A stretch of DNA of 64,000 bases from Candidatus Latescibacterota bacterium (GTDB lineage Bacteria > Latescibacterota > CBDEFO01). How positions within the stretch are numbered: position 1 is the stretch's first letter; the number at the start of each line of letters is the position of its first letter. This document shows, piece after piece, positions 9,324 to 20,315 of this stretch. The notes under the pieces were generated by a model that was not told where the DNA came from, did no database searches, and worked only from the letters and a program-made list of their open reading frames with translations. The stretch covers positions 1,824,001-1,888,000 of the forward strand of contig CBDEFO010000008.1 in NCBI GenBank assembly GCA_965237525.1, read 5' to 3'. Made by a program: the position numbers and the translations under genes.

Positions 9324-12300
9324 ATGAAGGCTAAGACTTTGATTTTAATGTCTCTTATGTTTGGATTGTATTCCGATACAGAGGCAGCCTATACCCCTGA
9401 CATGGATTACGATGACCTTTATGAATCTGTGGATGAGGACAGGATAAGAGAAAATGTGGAGTTCCTGTCGTCTTTGGGATCGAGGGTCGTGGGTTATCCA
9501 GGTAGCGATACAGCGGCGGTGTACATACAGCGGCAGTTTGAAAGAATTGGGCTTCAGGATGTAAGGTCGGAGGAGTACACGATGGTTATTCCGGTGGACA
9601 AGGGAGGGAGTCTTAGCATCATAGGCGAAGATAAGAAGATAAGGCTCTACTCGATATGGCCCAATTTAGTTAAGACATCTACGCTGCCTGAGGGTGGAAT
9701 AAGAGGGAATTTGATATACGGAGGGTCGGGAGAATTTTCAGCCTTCAACGGGAAGGATGTGGAGGGGAGTATAACTCTTATGGAGTTTAACACGTGGAAT
9801 AACTGGCTGAATGCTGCGATGTTAGGGACACAGGCTGTGATTTTCATTGAGCCTGACGAGACGGTGCACCTGGAAGCCGAGCAAAAATTTGTCCAAGTTC
9901 CTTTAAGCGTCGAAAGGTTCTGGATCTCCAAGGAGGAAGGCCGATATCTGTTAGAACGATTGAAAGAGGCGGATATTCAGGTCCACATGGAGGCGAGGAT
10001 GGACTGGGAAAGGAGACCGGCGTGGAACATTATGGGAACCATACCTGGGTACGACGCAGTGTTGAAGGATGAGATAATAGCCATTCAGTCCTATTACGAT
10101 GCGATGTCGGTAGTTCCTGCACTGGCTCCAGGCGCGGAGATGTCATCTGGCGTTGTTGGACTCTTGGAGCTGGCAAGGTATTTCAGGGAGCATCCTTCCA
10201 GAAGGACATTGATATTTCTGGCGACTTCGGCTCACCATCTGGGATTAAGAGGCATAAGCGATTTCCTTCAGAGGCACCACAGGAGGGAGGAACATTACGT
10301 CAAGATGATGGAAGAGCCTATAGACATAAAGCTGTTTATAGGACTGGATCTGTCCTCGCGGACCGATGAGTTGGGGATATGGAACAGCAGTTCGGGCTTT
10401 TCTCACAAGCGTTTCTTCGCTCCGTTCGGCAGGACCTTTGTGAATCTTGCAGAAAGAGTAGGTAAGGCATTAGGTTTAGATCCGAAAGGCGTTTTGGCAA
10501 ACGGCATCAGTCCCGTGACCGGAATCAGTTGGGAGACGTTTATCCCCGGGGGATCTATAAATGTGGACAGTGAGGTCGTGTTCCGCATGGGGACCCCATC
10601 TTTGTCTTTTGTGACTATCAACGACGGAAGATTTCTGGCGGATACTCCCTTCGATGTGCCGAAGAAGATGAACTTTTCTAACCTTGCGACTCAGATCAGA
10701 GTACTGGCGGGGATGTTCTATATGGCGTTCGACGATCCGCGCCTCTTTCCAGACCTCAAGGAGAGGCAGAAAGATACCCTCAAAGGAGTTTTAGGTCGGG
10801 TGGCCACGCTTACCAGAGGCAGCGTAACACCGGATCATCCAGTAGCGGGGGCTGTGGCGGTTTTAAGGACGGGAGGAAAGTCGCAAAAAGGTGTCAGGGG
10901 CACGCACTACGAGATCACAGACGCAGATGGCCTCTTTCAAGTCAATAGCATCTTAGTAAGTAACCTGGCTGTTGAGGCTTACTACATCGATCCTTATACG
11001 GGGAATATCACGTACGCACCAAACAAAGGGGGACAGTCTAAGATATATGGTGCTGAGTTCACTGCAGATTGGTGGCAGACAAAGACAGTCACCGAGCTCT
11101 TTCAGTGTGTCTCGACCGACTTTTACGATACTGTGGATCCGAGGTACTTGACCAAGCTTCAGGAAGTGGTGGTTTACGACGAGAGCAATACAGCCCCAAA
11201 CGACTTCGGATATTCGATAGGCTATGGGCCGACCGAGCCTATAGGGGTGCTCTTTACACGACCGGGAGAGAAAGTTAAGATCTCTATGAGTGCGGGGATG
11301 TTCGGCGTACGATACCTCTTGACCAATTCTACCAAACAGGTAGAAGATACCTTAACGGTCTCCCTCGATGCCCCGGTCCTCCTGCGCACAGACGACGCGA
11401 AGATCGAAAAAGGTTCCTTTAAGCTTATCGATTCTGGAGGAACGCTCCTTAGGGTTGGAGTTGACTACACGGTAGACTACAAACACGGAACTATAACGGC
11501 TCTTTCTTCCGGTGGGGGACTCGTTGACGGAGTTGACTATAATATCAGCTATCGCATATTCCCACAAAATGAAGAGGAAGCAACGGGGGTGGGGTTTGAG
11601 ACTTTAGATCACGGGGCGCTCATCAGGACTTCCTTTTTAGCTGCCAGGGACATGTGGAATCTGGATGAAGCCAGGATCAACGAGCTTAAGAAGTACTCCA
11701 TAGAGAATAAGAGGCTGGATTTACTCCACAATACCGCTGGGATGCAGTTGGATCTGGCGCAGAAGGCTATGGAGGATAAGAGATGGGACGATTTTATTAA
11801 GTATACCAGAGCTGCGATGGGCATAGAGTCAAGGGCCTATCCTGATGTCAGAGACACTCAAAATGACGTGGTAAGGGGGATAATATTCTCTATGGTTCTG
11901 GTGCTCCCATGCGCCTATTTCCTGGAGAGGCTGCTCTTTTCCTTTGCGACCATTCAGGGCAGAATATTGGGGTTCATCGGAGTATTCATAGTGATATGGT
12001 TCTTTATGTCTTTAGTTCATCCTGCATTTGAACTATCCAACCCGTTTGTGATACTGTTAGCATTTGTAATTTTGGCTTTGGCGGTATTCGTGATGTCTAT
12101 GGTATTTTCCAAATTCGACGTTCAGATGAAAAACTTAAGAAAAGAAGCGGCCATAGTGCACGATACGGACGTTGGCAGGATGTCTGCGTCTATGACCGCT
12201 TTTTCTTTGGGTGTATCCAATATGAGGAGGAGGAAGCTTAGAACAGGGCTGACTTTGGTGACTATCCTGCTTTTGACGTTTACAGTCCTGTCGTTCTCGT

Positions 12301-13967
12301 CTATAAAGACCAAGTTGAGGTTCAACCAGGTTCCGATGGATGATGAGGGGATATACGAGGGTGCTCTTATACGGAACAGGACGTGGGGGGGGCTGGAGCA
12401 GTCGGCATACGACTATGCAAAGTCCGATTTCGAGGACATGGCTGTAGTGGTTCCCAGGAGTTGGTACACCTTTAGGTCCAAGAATTTCATCAAGGTTAAG
12501 TGGGAAGACAAATCGGTGAACGCCTTCGGGGTCTTAGGCGTAACTGCCGACGAGCAGGAGGTGACGGGATTGGACAGGTGTTTACTAGTTGGGAAATGGT
12601 TTGATGAGGACGACAGATATGTCTGCATCATTCCGACGGACATGGCAAGCAAATTGGAGATAGGCTTTGAGGATGTTGGCACGGCAACGGTCAGGCTCTT
12701 CGGGGAGATGTTCACTGTGGTGGGGATTATAGATTCCAGAAAGGCGGAGCACGTAAAGGACCTAGATGGAGAGGTCCTGACCCCGGCGGACTTCAAGGAG
12801 ACAGGCGGACAGATGATTCAGATGACGGCTCAAAGGGAGCAGGAGGAAAGACAGGGTTTGACCGACAGACCGCCTGTGATAGAGGCATTTGAGCATCTGA
12901 AGATGGATAATGTGCTGATCGTCCCATACAGGACCCTGCGGGAAGTCGGAGGTTCGCTCAGGTCTGTGGCTGTGAAGTTCAACGAGGGGGTGGAAGTAGT
13001 AGGCCTGATAGAAAATTTCATCTCCAGGCTGGCTGTGACCCTTTTTGCCGGGATCAAGAACGAGGAGACGGGGCGAATAGATGTCTCCGTTTACAGTTCT
13101 CTGGGATTGACTACATTCAGGGGGTTGACCAATCTCTTTATCCCGATGTTGATCGCCGCTTTGATAGTCCTAAATACGATGATGGGGGCCGTCCATGAGC
13201 GATTCAGGGAGATAAGTATATATTCTTCCGTAGGGTTGGCCCCTGTGCACATCTCTTTTCTTTTTATCGCAGAGGCGTGCGTCTATGCGGTCTTAGGGGT
13301 GGTATCCGGGTATCTGGTGGGACAGGGTGTGGCAAAGGTGTTGATATTGGGAGGGTGGCTTTCCGGTTTCACGCTGAACTATTCCTCAATGTCGACCGTT
13401 ATGTCGGCACTTTTGGTGATGATCGTGGTCATGCTTTCGACTCTGTATCCTGCAAAGAAGGCCGCAAGTATAGCTGTGCCCGACGTGATGAGGAGGTGGA
13501 AGATACCCGAGCCAGATGGGGACGACTGGACATTCGATTTTCCGTTTACCGTAGGCGGAGCGGATGTACTGGGAATATGCACCTTCTTGATGGACTATTT
13601 CGACGCCTACAGCGAGGAGTCTGTGGGGATATTCTACACTCAAAATGCGAGGCTCTCAGGTCGTGAGACGCCAAAGGGGACAGGTTACAGCATAGATATG
13701 GATATATGGCTGGCTCCTTACGATCAGGGGGTAAGTCAACACATAGAGTTCAGCGCGAATCCGACAGGCGCGCATAATGTGTATGATATAGAGTTGTACA
13801 TAAGGCGGGTCAGCGGTCAGGATGTGTCTTGGAAGAGGGCAAATCAGAGGCTTATGAACGTGATAAGGAAACAGTTCTTAATCTGGAGGACTATCCCTGC
13901 TGATGCAAAGGACGAATACAGACAGAAGGGAGCAAATCTGCTTGAGGAACAGGCTGTTGTGGCATAA
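9324..13967 (+). CDS. Large membrane protein: M28/PA-like peptidase domain fused to FtsX/MacB-like permease domains
   Basis: Signal peptide; SRVVGYPG, NIMGTIPG, YYDAMS..PGAE, SAHHLGLRG (M28-like); NMRRRKLRTGLT and NTMMGAVHERFREISIYSSVG..LYPAKKA (FtsX-like). Confidence 0.75.
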   Translation: MKAKTLILMSLMFGLYSDTEAAYTPDMDYDDLYESVDEDRIRENVEFLSSLGSRVVGYPGSDTAAVYIQRQFERIGLQDVRSEEYTMVIPVDKGGSLSIIGEDKKIRLYSIWPNLVKTSTLPEGGIRGNLIYGGSGEFSAFNGKDVEGSITLMEFNTWNNWLNAAMLGTQAVIFIEPDETVHLEAEQKFVQVPLSVERFWISKEEGRYLLERLKEADIQVHMEARMDWERRPAWNIMGTIPGYDAVLKDEIIAIQSYYDAMSVVPALAPGAEMSSGVVGLLELARYFREHPSRRTLIFLATSAHHLGLRGISDFLQRHHRREEHYVKMMEEPIDIKLFIGLDLSSRTDELGIWNSSSGFSHKRFFAPFGRTFVNLAERVGKALGLDPKGVLANGISPVTGISWETFIPGGSINVDSEVVFRMGTPSLSFVTINDGRFLADTPFDVPKKMNFSNLATQIRVLAGMFYMAFDDPRLFPDLKERQKDTLKGVLGRVATLTRGSVTPDHPVAGAVAVLRTGGKSQKGVRGTHYEITDADGLFQVNSILVSNLAVEAYYIDPYTGNITYAPNKGGQSKIYGAEFTADWWQTKTVTELFQCVSTDFYDTVDPRYLTKLQEVVVYDESNTAPNDFGYSIGYGPTEPIGVLFTRPGEKVKISMSAGMFGVRYLLTNSTKQVEDTLTVSLDAPVLLRTDDAKIEKGSFKLIDSGGTLLRVGVDYTVDYKHGTITALSSGGGLVDGVDYNISYRIFPQNEEEATGVGFETLDHGALIRTSFLAARDMWNLDEARINELKKYSIENKRLDLLHNTAGMQLDLAQKAMEDKRWDDFIKYTRAAMGIESRAYPDVRDTQNDVVRGIIFSMVLVLPCAYFLERLLFSFATIQGRILGFIGVFIVIWFFMSLVHPAFELSNPFVILLAFVILALAVFVMSMVFSKFDVQMKNLRKEAAIVHDTDVGRMSASMTAFSLGVSNMRRRKLRTGLTLVTILLLTFTVLSFSSIKTKLRFNQVPMDDEGIYEGALIRNRTWGGLEQSAYDYAKSDFEDMAVVVPRSWYTFRSKNFIKVKWEDKSVNAFGVLGVTADEQEVTGLDRCLLVGKWFDEDDRYVCIIPTDMASKLEIGFEDVGTATVRLFGEMFTVVGIIDSRKAEHVKDLDGEVLTPADFKETGGQMIQMTAQREQEERQGLTDRPPVIEAFEHLKMDNVLIVPYRTLREVGGSLRSVAVKFNEGVEVVGLIENFISRLAVTLFAGIKNEETGRIDVSVYSSLGLTTFRGLTNLFIPMLIAALIVLNTMMGAVHERFREISIYSSVGLAPVHISFLFIAEACVYAVLGVVSGYLVGQGVAKVLILGGWLSGFTLNYSSMSTVMSALLVMIVVMLSTLYPAKKAASIAVPDVMRRWKIPEPDGDDWTFDFPFTVGGADVLGICTFLMDYFDAYSEESVGIFYTQNARLSGRETPKGTGYSIDMDIWLAPYDQGVSQHIEFSANPTGAHNVYDIELYIRRVSGQDVSWKRANQRLMNVIRKQFLIWRTIPADAKDEYRQKGANLLEEQAVVA

Positions 13968-13995
13968 AGCAGACAGGGAAAGACAGTAGACGTAT

Positions 13996-14094
13996 GTAGG
14001 GGCGAACCGGTGCGGCAGTGCGCAGAGAGTGATATGGCAACAAGCCCAAAAGTGGTTCGCCCAGATTGTCAGGGCAGACCCGCAGGTCTGCCCC
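13996..14094. repeat. GTAG-type REP-like palindrome cluster
   Basis: GTAGGGGCGAACC...GGTTCGCCC and GGGCAGACC-CGCA-GGTCTGCCC; related copies near 16922, 26090, 59080, 61706. Confidence 0.65.
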
Positions 14095-14255
14095 AGTACT
14101 TTCTGTCGCTGGATTTGGGTGACATTTCTTGAAATGGCAGCTATACTTTTCTGCATGGTGGTTCTAACATTCCTGTCTGACATTAGATCAGTCAGAACAG
14201 AGGTACATGTCTGTTGGCCCGCTATTTGTGAGGCCAAAATGGAAGGGGCAATTCT

Positions 14256-16907
14256 TTGTTAGGGCGCAAGGGCGGCTCTCAATATGAGGAGATCGAAGAG
14301 TACAGGGATCTTCTGCACCCTCCCGAGCAGTTCGAGGAGGGATTCACCATAAGGACTATTATAGGGGCGCTGTTCATCTCTGTAATTATGGTCCCCGGCA
14401 ATATGTATTTGGACTTGATGATCGGAGGAGGAATAGGTGCTGCGGCTCAGTGGGTGACGATCATCCTCTTTATGGAGATCGCTAAGAGGTCGTTTGTGAC
14501 GATGAAAAAGCAGGAGATTTACCTGCTTTTATATGTGTCCAGCGCTTTAGTGGCGGCGGAGACAGGGATGTTTGAAGGTCTTATATGGAGCCAGTATTTC
14601 GTGCAATCTCCTGCGGCACAACAGTTCGGCATAGCCAAACTTATCCCCCATTGGGTGTCTCCTCAACCTGAATCTGAGGCGATAATAAACAGGACGTTTC
14701 TCCATAAGGATTGGCTGTATGCTATTCTACTTTTGGTTTTAGGTACTGTGTTTGGAAAGTTAGCGTGGTTTACGGGGGGCTATGTGCTCTTTAGAGTTAC
14801 GTCCGATTACGAAAGATTACCCTATCCCTTCGCTCCGATTGCAGCCCACGGGGCGATGGCTCTGGCGGAGGAGAGCAGCGGCCAGGAGACCTGGAGATGG
14901 AGACTCTTTTCGGTCGGAGCCGTAATAGGGATGGTATGGGGCGTCTTATATGTAGGGGTTCCCACTATCACGGGCGCACTGGCGGCCGAGCCTATTCAGC
15001 TGATTCCGATTCCGTTCTGGGATGTCACACAGTACACGGGATATTTTCTCCCTGCGGCGCCTATGGGAATTACGCTCCATCTGGGGCCTATCTTCGCGGG
15101 ATTGGTGGCTCCTTACTGGGGTATAATAGGATCGGTCATAGGGGCGGTATTTTATACAGTGGCGAACCCTATTTTGTATCACAACGGCCTTCTGCCAAGC
15201 TGGTTTTTAGGGATGGATACGATCCAGACCCAGATGGTTATTACGATAGATTTTTGGATGAGCTTTTCTATCGGAATAACCTTCACACTTGCGGTTATAG
15301 GCTTCTACCAGCTATTTGTAGGTGTAAAGGCGAAAAAAGAGGAGGAAGCCGAGTCTCCAAAGCCTAAAAGGACCATAGCGCCGCCCCCGGGGAGAGGAGA
15401 TTTCAGGATTTGGGTATGCCTCTTGGTCTTCGGGATAGCCAGCCTTTACGGGATTGTCCTTGCCAAGGTCTTATTTCCGGATCTGGTCAGCGGGTCGCTC
15501 CTTATGTTCTTGATCTTCTTCGGTTTCGTCTATACTCCGGTGATGTCGTGGATAAACGCTCGCCTGATCGGCATGGTGGGCCAGACTGTGTCCTTGCCTT
15601 ACGTGAAGGAGACGACCATATTTTTGAGCGGCTTCAGGGGCATAGATATATGGTTCGTGCCATTTCCACTGGGAGATTACGGAGCTCAGGCTAGCAAGTT
15701 CAGGGAGATCGAACTTACGGGATTGAAATTTACAAGCATAGTAAAGGCTGAGATTTTTATGGTGCCTCTTGTGTTCATCATGAGCTTTCTGTACTGGTCT
15801 TATATATGGAAGTTATCCCCGATCCCCTCAGCGACGTATCCTTACGCTCAGAAGATGTGGCCCTTGAGGGCATTTCAGTCGTGCATATTTCTTACGAGCA
15901 CTATAAGGGGTGAAGCTAACGTCAAAGAGGACCAGAAGGACAAGGGTTCGTGGAGCACTCCCAATCTGATTGACGGCTATTGGTGGTTCTGGAGAGTCAG
16001 GGCAACGTACGACGTGGATGTTGAGGATCCTGACCAAAGAAGATATGGGGAGTGGTCAGAAATTGGCCATTTCTACACGGATTTCGAAGGCCTGGGTCTG
16101 CCGTCTATTCCGCTTCCGAGGATTCCGGAGAAAGTTCGCGGTGAGGAACCAGAAGAAGGAACGCCTCCTGCGCCTGTGATAGTAAGTCCCCAAGACGGTG
16201 TGATGGTGAACTCGCCGACGGTCAATTTGAACATTCTTCCACCAGAAGGTTATGAAGGAGAGGTGACCTACGACGTTGAAGATTTCGGTCCAGGAATTTC
16301 ATCCAAGTTAAAGGGGGTTTTGAAAGGCCGGAACCTGGTGATGGTCTTTGCTTCTTCAGATCCAGAAGAGGAAACTCCTTCAGTTGAATCAGAAGAGCCG
16401 CACGAGAAAGTTCCTCTTGATATACCAGATATGGAGGATCTTATAGCTCAGATGGATGTGGAGTCAAAAGAGCCATTAGTGGTAGAGGGCGGACGACTTA
16501 TAGCTTACCTCCAGTTTGAGGTGGACCAGGTACCGACATTCGATGGCACTGACCATCAGACTTCGGACGACAAACCCCTCTTTTTCAAAGCGATAAAGCC
16601 AGAGGTGATAGGAGTCGGGTTTTTAACCTCGCTATTATCCTTTGTCACACTGTCCGTCTTTGGCCTTCCGATCCTTCTGATCTTCGGCTTTGTGCATGGT
16701 ATGATTTCTCTTCCGCATTTCATACTACCGTCAATAATCGGAGCGTTGCTGGCGAAGTACTATTTCTGGCCGAAGTATGGGAAAAAGCAGTGGAGGCTAT
16801 ACGCCACTGTGCTGACTGTGGGTTTCGGCGTGGGGATGTCTTTGATGGGTATGGCGTCGGTGGCGATTTCGATAATTCAAAAGTCCGTCACGACGATACT
16901 CTTCTAA
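14256..16907 (+). CDS. OPT-superfamily-like (oligopeptide transporter) membrane protein with large soluble insertion
   Basis: GFTIRTIIGA start, ERLPYPFAP, SPIPSATYPYAQKMWP; about 230-aa hydrophilic insert with WFWRVRA/YGEWSE. Confidence 0.65.
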   Translation: MLGRKGGSQYEEIEEYRDLLHPPEQFEEGFTIRTIIGALFISVIMVPGNMYLDLMIGGGIGAAAQWVTIILFMEIAKRSFVTMKKQEIYLLLYVSSALVAAETGMFEGLIWSQYFVQSPAAQQFGIAKLIPHWVSPQPESEAIINRTFLHKDWLYAILLLVLGTVFGKLAWFTGGYVLFRVTSDYERLPYPFAPIAAHGAMALAEESSGQETWRWRLFSVGAVIGMVWGVLYVGVPTITGALAAEPIQLIPIPFWDVTQYTGYFLPAAPMGITLHLGPIFAGLVAPYWGIIGSVIGAVFYTVANPILYHNGLLPSWFLGMDTIQTQMVITIDFWMSFSIGITFTLAVIGFYQLFVGVKAKKEEEAESPKPKRTIAPPPGRGDFRIWVCLLVFGIASLYGIVLAKVLFPDLVSGSLLMFLIFFGFVYTPVMSWINARLIGMVGQTVSLPYVKETTIFLSGFRGIDIWFVPFPLGDYGAQASKFREIELTGLKFTSIVKAEIFMVPLVFIMSFLYWSYIWKLSPIPSATYPYAQKMWPLRAFQSCIFLTSTIRGEANVKEDQKDKGSWSTPNLIDGYWWFWRVRATYDVDVEDPDQRRYGEWSEIGHFYTDFEGLGLPSIPLPRIPEKVRGEEPEEGTPPAPVIVSPQDGVMVNSPTVNLNILPPEGYEGEVTYDVEDFGPGISSKLKGVLKGRNLVMVFASSDPEEETPSVESEEPHEKVPLDIPDMEDLIAQMDVESKEPLVVEGGRLIAYLQFEVDQVPTFDGTDHQTSDDKPLFFKAIKPEVIGVGFLTSLLSFVTLSVFGLPILLIFGFVHGMISLPHFILPSIIGALLAKYYFWPKYGKKQWRLYATVLTVGFGVGMSLMGMASVAISIIQKSVTTILF

Positions 16908-16921
16908 TACAGCAAAAGGCA

Positions 16922-16948
16922 GTAGGGGCGAGGTTAGCTCGCCCCTAC
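16922..16948. repeat. GTAG-type REP palindrome (may also act as terminator)
   Basis: GTAGGGGCGAG-GTTAG-CTCGCCCCTAC perfect inverted repeat. Confidence 0.75.
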
Positions 16949-17365
16949 ATTCTATTTGTTGAACATCCAGATGCTCGCCTAACAGCCGGATTTGCGCTCT
17001 CCTTTCGAACTTCAAAGATACTTGCAAAGCCCACTTGCATCTGCGTTTGACGTCCTCTCTGAAGTCCTCATAAGGTCTTACCGGAAGTATTTCTTCGAAT
17101 TCGACATACTGCGCGTGAGGCAATCCTGCCATAAGTACCTGATCCAATTCGTGTGAGAATCTGCGTTTACGACGGTGCTGACGACCCTCTGTCATTAAAC
17201 CTTGTCGAGGCCGACTACCTTGCCCGCTCCTTTCGCCTCTGGCATCGCATTAGAACGGACCTTTGAGAATGTGAGCATAATCTTTGTATCTTGTCCAGTA
17301 ACATCGTGCTCATCAGGTTTTCAGTCTTTTCCACCAACAATAAACCGGAGCATCATCGTTCACAT

Positions 17366-18646
17366 ATGGATTTAAGGAGAATAATAATAGTTCTGGGTGT
17401 TCTGATGCAGCTCGGCTTCTCCTATATCGCTCTTGCAGGAGATCTCAGGACTAATATACCCAATTTCTGGGCCGCTATTTTCCCCCTATTTATCGTCTAT
17501 CTTATCGCTATATGGGTTGTCAAGCGCAGTGAACATGAGGAGAAAGCTCTCTTTTCTATAGTGATCTTTGCCGTGATTTTCAGACTTACTTTGATCTTTA
17601 CGACTCCGTCGCTGTCGGACGATATATACCGATATTTGTGGGACGGAAGGACTCAACTAAACGGGATAAATCCTTATAAATATCCGCCAAGCGCTCAAGA
17701 AGTGGCTCATCTAAGAGATGAGTACTATCCCTATATCAATCAAAAGCATATCTCCACAATATATCCCCCCCTTTCACAGGCACTCTTCCTGCTGTCATAT
17801 TTTGTAAGTCCTACGATAACGGGGATGAAGTTTGTATTTGTCCTCTTCGATCTTTTGACAATAGGGATTCTTCTGCTTTTGCTAAGAAGACTCGGACTTA
17901 ATCTCAACTACTCTATCGTCTATGCGTGGAGCCCACTTGTGATAGTGGAGACGGCGTCGAGCGGGCACAATGAGGCATTGGCAGTATTTCTTTTACTTCT
18001 TGCTATCTATCTTATAGACAAAAAGAGTGATATGTGGTCATTTGGAGTTTTGTCTTTATCCTTTCTGTCCAAGTTTTTAGCTTTCATATTGTTGCCGTTT
18101 TTTGTAGTCAAGGCTAGGAAGAAATGGGCTCTCTTTCTTTTCCCTCTGATGGCTGTGATAGGATATTTGCCTTACGCAGATGCGGGAAAGCGGCTCCTTT
18201 ACGGACTCGGCGTCTACACTTTAAAGTGGAGGTTTAACGATTCCCTCTTTTCGCTCATATATCATTACGCAGGTTCCTTAGATCTGTCGAAACGAATCGC
18301 AGCTGGGGTCTTCATAGTGTACATGGCATATCTGGTGCTAAGGCAGGTCGATCCTATAAAGGCTGGGTTTCATCTTGTGGGGCTCACTCTGGTGTTGACG
18401 ACTACTCTTCATCCCTGGTATTTGATCTGGATGGTGCCGTTCTTGTGTTTCTATCACAGCGGGGCGTGGATACTCCTTTCAGGTAGTATTCTTCTATCGT
18501 ACCAGGTTCATACTAATTATGCAAACAGGGGCGTCTGGGATACTTCCGACTGGGTCGTATGGGCTGAGTACGTTCCGTTCTACAGTCTGCTTGTATCTTC
18601 TATAATTAACTCGATATACACAAGATATAAGTACAAGCTAAGGTAA
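17366..18646 (+). CDS. GT-C fold integral membrane glycosyltransferase (GT87/DUF2029-like)
   Basis: LSDDIYRYLWDG, TIYPP, YAWSPL, GHNE, HPWY motifs; many TM helices. Confidence 0.85.
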   Translation: MDLRRIIIVLGVLMQLGFSYIALAGDLRTNIPNFWAAIFPLFIVYLIAIWVVKRSEHEEKALFSIVIFAVIFRLTLIFTTPSLSDDIYRYLWDGRTQLNGINPYKYPPSAQEVAHLRDEYYPYINQKHISTIYPPLSQALFLLSYFVSPTITGMKFVFVLFDLLTIGILLLLLRRLGLNLNYSIVYAWSPLVIVETASSGHNEALAVFLLLLAIYLIDKKSDMWSFGVLSLSFLSKFLAFILLPFFVVKARKKWALFLFPLMAVIGYLPYADAGKRLLYGLGVYTLKWRFNDSLFSLIYHYAGSLDLSKRIAAGVFIVYMAYLVLRQVDPIKAGFHLVGLTLVLTTTLHPWYLIWMVPFLCFYHSGAWILLSGSILLSYQVHTNYANRGVWDTSDWVVWAEYVPFYSLLVSSIINSIYTRYKYKLR

Positions 18647-18689
18647 GTGCCTATAGACTGCTATCTGTGAACATAATCTTTTTGTGAAA

Positions 18690-20030
18690 CTAATCTTTTC
18701 CTGCTGCTGAACGAAACCTACCCCAAGCCCAGCTTGGTCGCTTACAGATACCATTCTTAAGCCAATTCCCTGAACAGCTCTTTAAATGATCCATAAAATG
18801 TCTCACCTCTCCATTATTGTCCGGCCACAAGGGAGTGCGGGGGAAAGACATCAGCAGTTCTGGGCCGTCCTCGGTCACATGACACACATCTCCGAGCGGA
18901 ACGAACATCTTGCCCGAGTCGGGCAAGGAGAAGATGGCGTGAACGACGGCGGTTGCACCAGCCATGAGGACTGTCTGGTTACCTTCAGTCATGTTCGGAA
19001 GTTCACTGTAGTCCAATCCGATGCCGTGTCCTATGCGACCTCCTTGGATTTCCCAACCATGTTCTGCCGCCTTTTCTCTGGTCGCCGTGGCGATGTGACC
19101 CACCGGACAACCAGGTTTCATTACTGCCAGACCTGCTTCCTGGGCCTCTCGCGTAATCTTGCAGATGTGTTCTAACTCTGTACAGGGCCTCTGAAGCGCC
19201 CCCGTGCGTTGGCCGTGACACCAATAGCCCTTGTAAACGACGTAGGAACAGGCCGCCATCAGGTCTCCTTCCTCCAACACGCGCATATGGGGTTTCACTT
19301 CAAGCTTTACATTCGACCAGGCGGGTGGTGGACCTGAAGCCAACCAATACTTGGCGTGATCGGCACCCTCTCTCCGGATTACTCTTTCCATTTCTGCAAC
19401 TATCTCAATGCCTCGAAGACCCGGCTCGGCTATCTTGAGCATCGTCTCGAAACCCAGGTCGCTCAGACGTGCTGCATGCCGCATCATTTCGACTTCATCG
19501 GGGCTCTTGGCGTATCGCAGTTCCGCAACAATATCCTTTACGGATTTGAACCTTTCGCCCAGACCTTCGCATAGGTTTTGGTGGAAAAAGAAGGACATGT
19601 TTTCAATACCAACGACCCCAACATCCCTTCCTCTAAGTCCACAATCTTGAAGAATTGCCAGTGCTTCCTCGGCAAAACTGCCAAGAGCGTCGCCTTTTTT
19701 CGGATCAACAGCGACGGCACTGGGGTCAACAGCTCTCACCAAGCGCACATCGTCGAGCGGCGAGACCTCCAAGGCTAATTCGCGCATGTAGGGCATCCCT
19801 GCAAAAAGCAGGGCTGGAGCACCCTGGAGGGGGACGACAACCGCCGAATCCACAATGCGGTCATGATCCGCCCATCCGGAAAGATAAGACACATGGCCTG
19901 TCTGGCCCCACTTGTGCTCGATTGGCGGAGAATAGACAAATAGAGCACCTATATCTTCTTCCTCTAAGAATTCTTGAATCTTCTGGAATCGAAGTTCATA
20001 AGTCTCATTTGAAATTATATCAGTCGTCAT
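18690..20030 (-). CDS. M24 family (Xaa-Pro peptidase/creatinase-like) protein
   Basis: LRYAKSPDEVEMMRHAA, GHGIGLD; the last ~40 aa look like run-on from a 1-bp loss near 18818. Confidence 0.8.
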   Translation of the reverse strand: MTTDIISNETYELRFQKIQEFLEEEDIGALFVYSPPIEHKWGQTGHVSYLSGWADHDRIVDSAVVVPLQGAPALLFAGMPYMRELALEVSPLDDVRLVRAVDPSAVAVDPKKGDALGSFAEEALAILQDCGLRGRDVGVVGIENMSFFFHQNLCEGLGERFKSVKDIVAELRYAKSPDEVEMMRHAARLSDLGFETMLKIAEPGLRGIEIVAEMERVIRREGADHAKYWLASGPPPAWSNVKLEVKPHMRVLEEGDLMAACSYVVYKGYWCHGQRTGALQRPCTELEHICKITREAQEAGLAVMKPGCPVGHIATATREKAAEHGWEIQGGRIGHGIGLDYSELPNMTEGNQTVLMAGATAVVHAIFSLPDSGKMFVPLGDVCHVTEDGPELLMSFPRTPLWPDNNGEVRHFMDHLKSCSGNWLKNGICKRPSWAWGRFRSAAGKD

Positions 20031-20315
20031 GAAACCTCCTCCTGGCTATTAGTACGTGTTATGTCCCTTTGGCGTCAAATCAAATCTATTCGTTGTGGTC
20101 AGGTCAAACCGTTTTCAGCCAGGTTGTGGCATTTCCCATAATGTGCTCACCGCTTGGAGTTGGATCTTGTCAACTGTCAATCCTTCAAAGTTGATCTTGA
20201 GCCGCTGGTTCTTATGAGCCGTTGCAAGGTGGGTTGTTGGGCATTATAGAGGCCTTTCTCTACTCTACGAACTACCGAAGCCGCAAGCCGGGTATTGGTT
20301 AGCGTGGGGGAGCAA

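Noticed and set aside
16950..17300. TnpB/IS605 remnant on the minus strand (KVVGLD, VVNAD)
   Set aside because: Only two very short motif matches in different frames; cannot be supported without a search.
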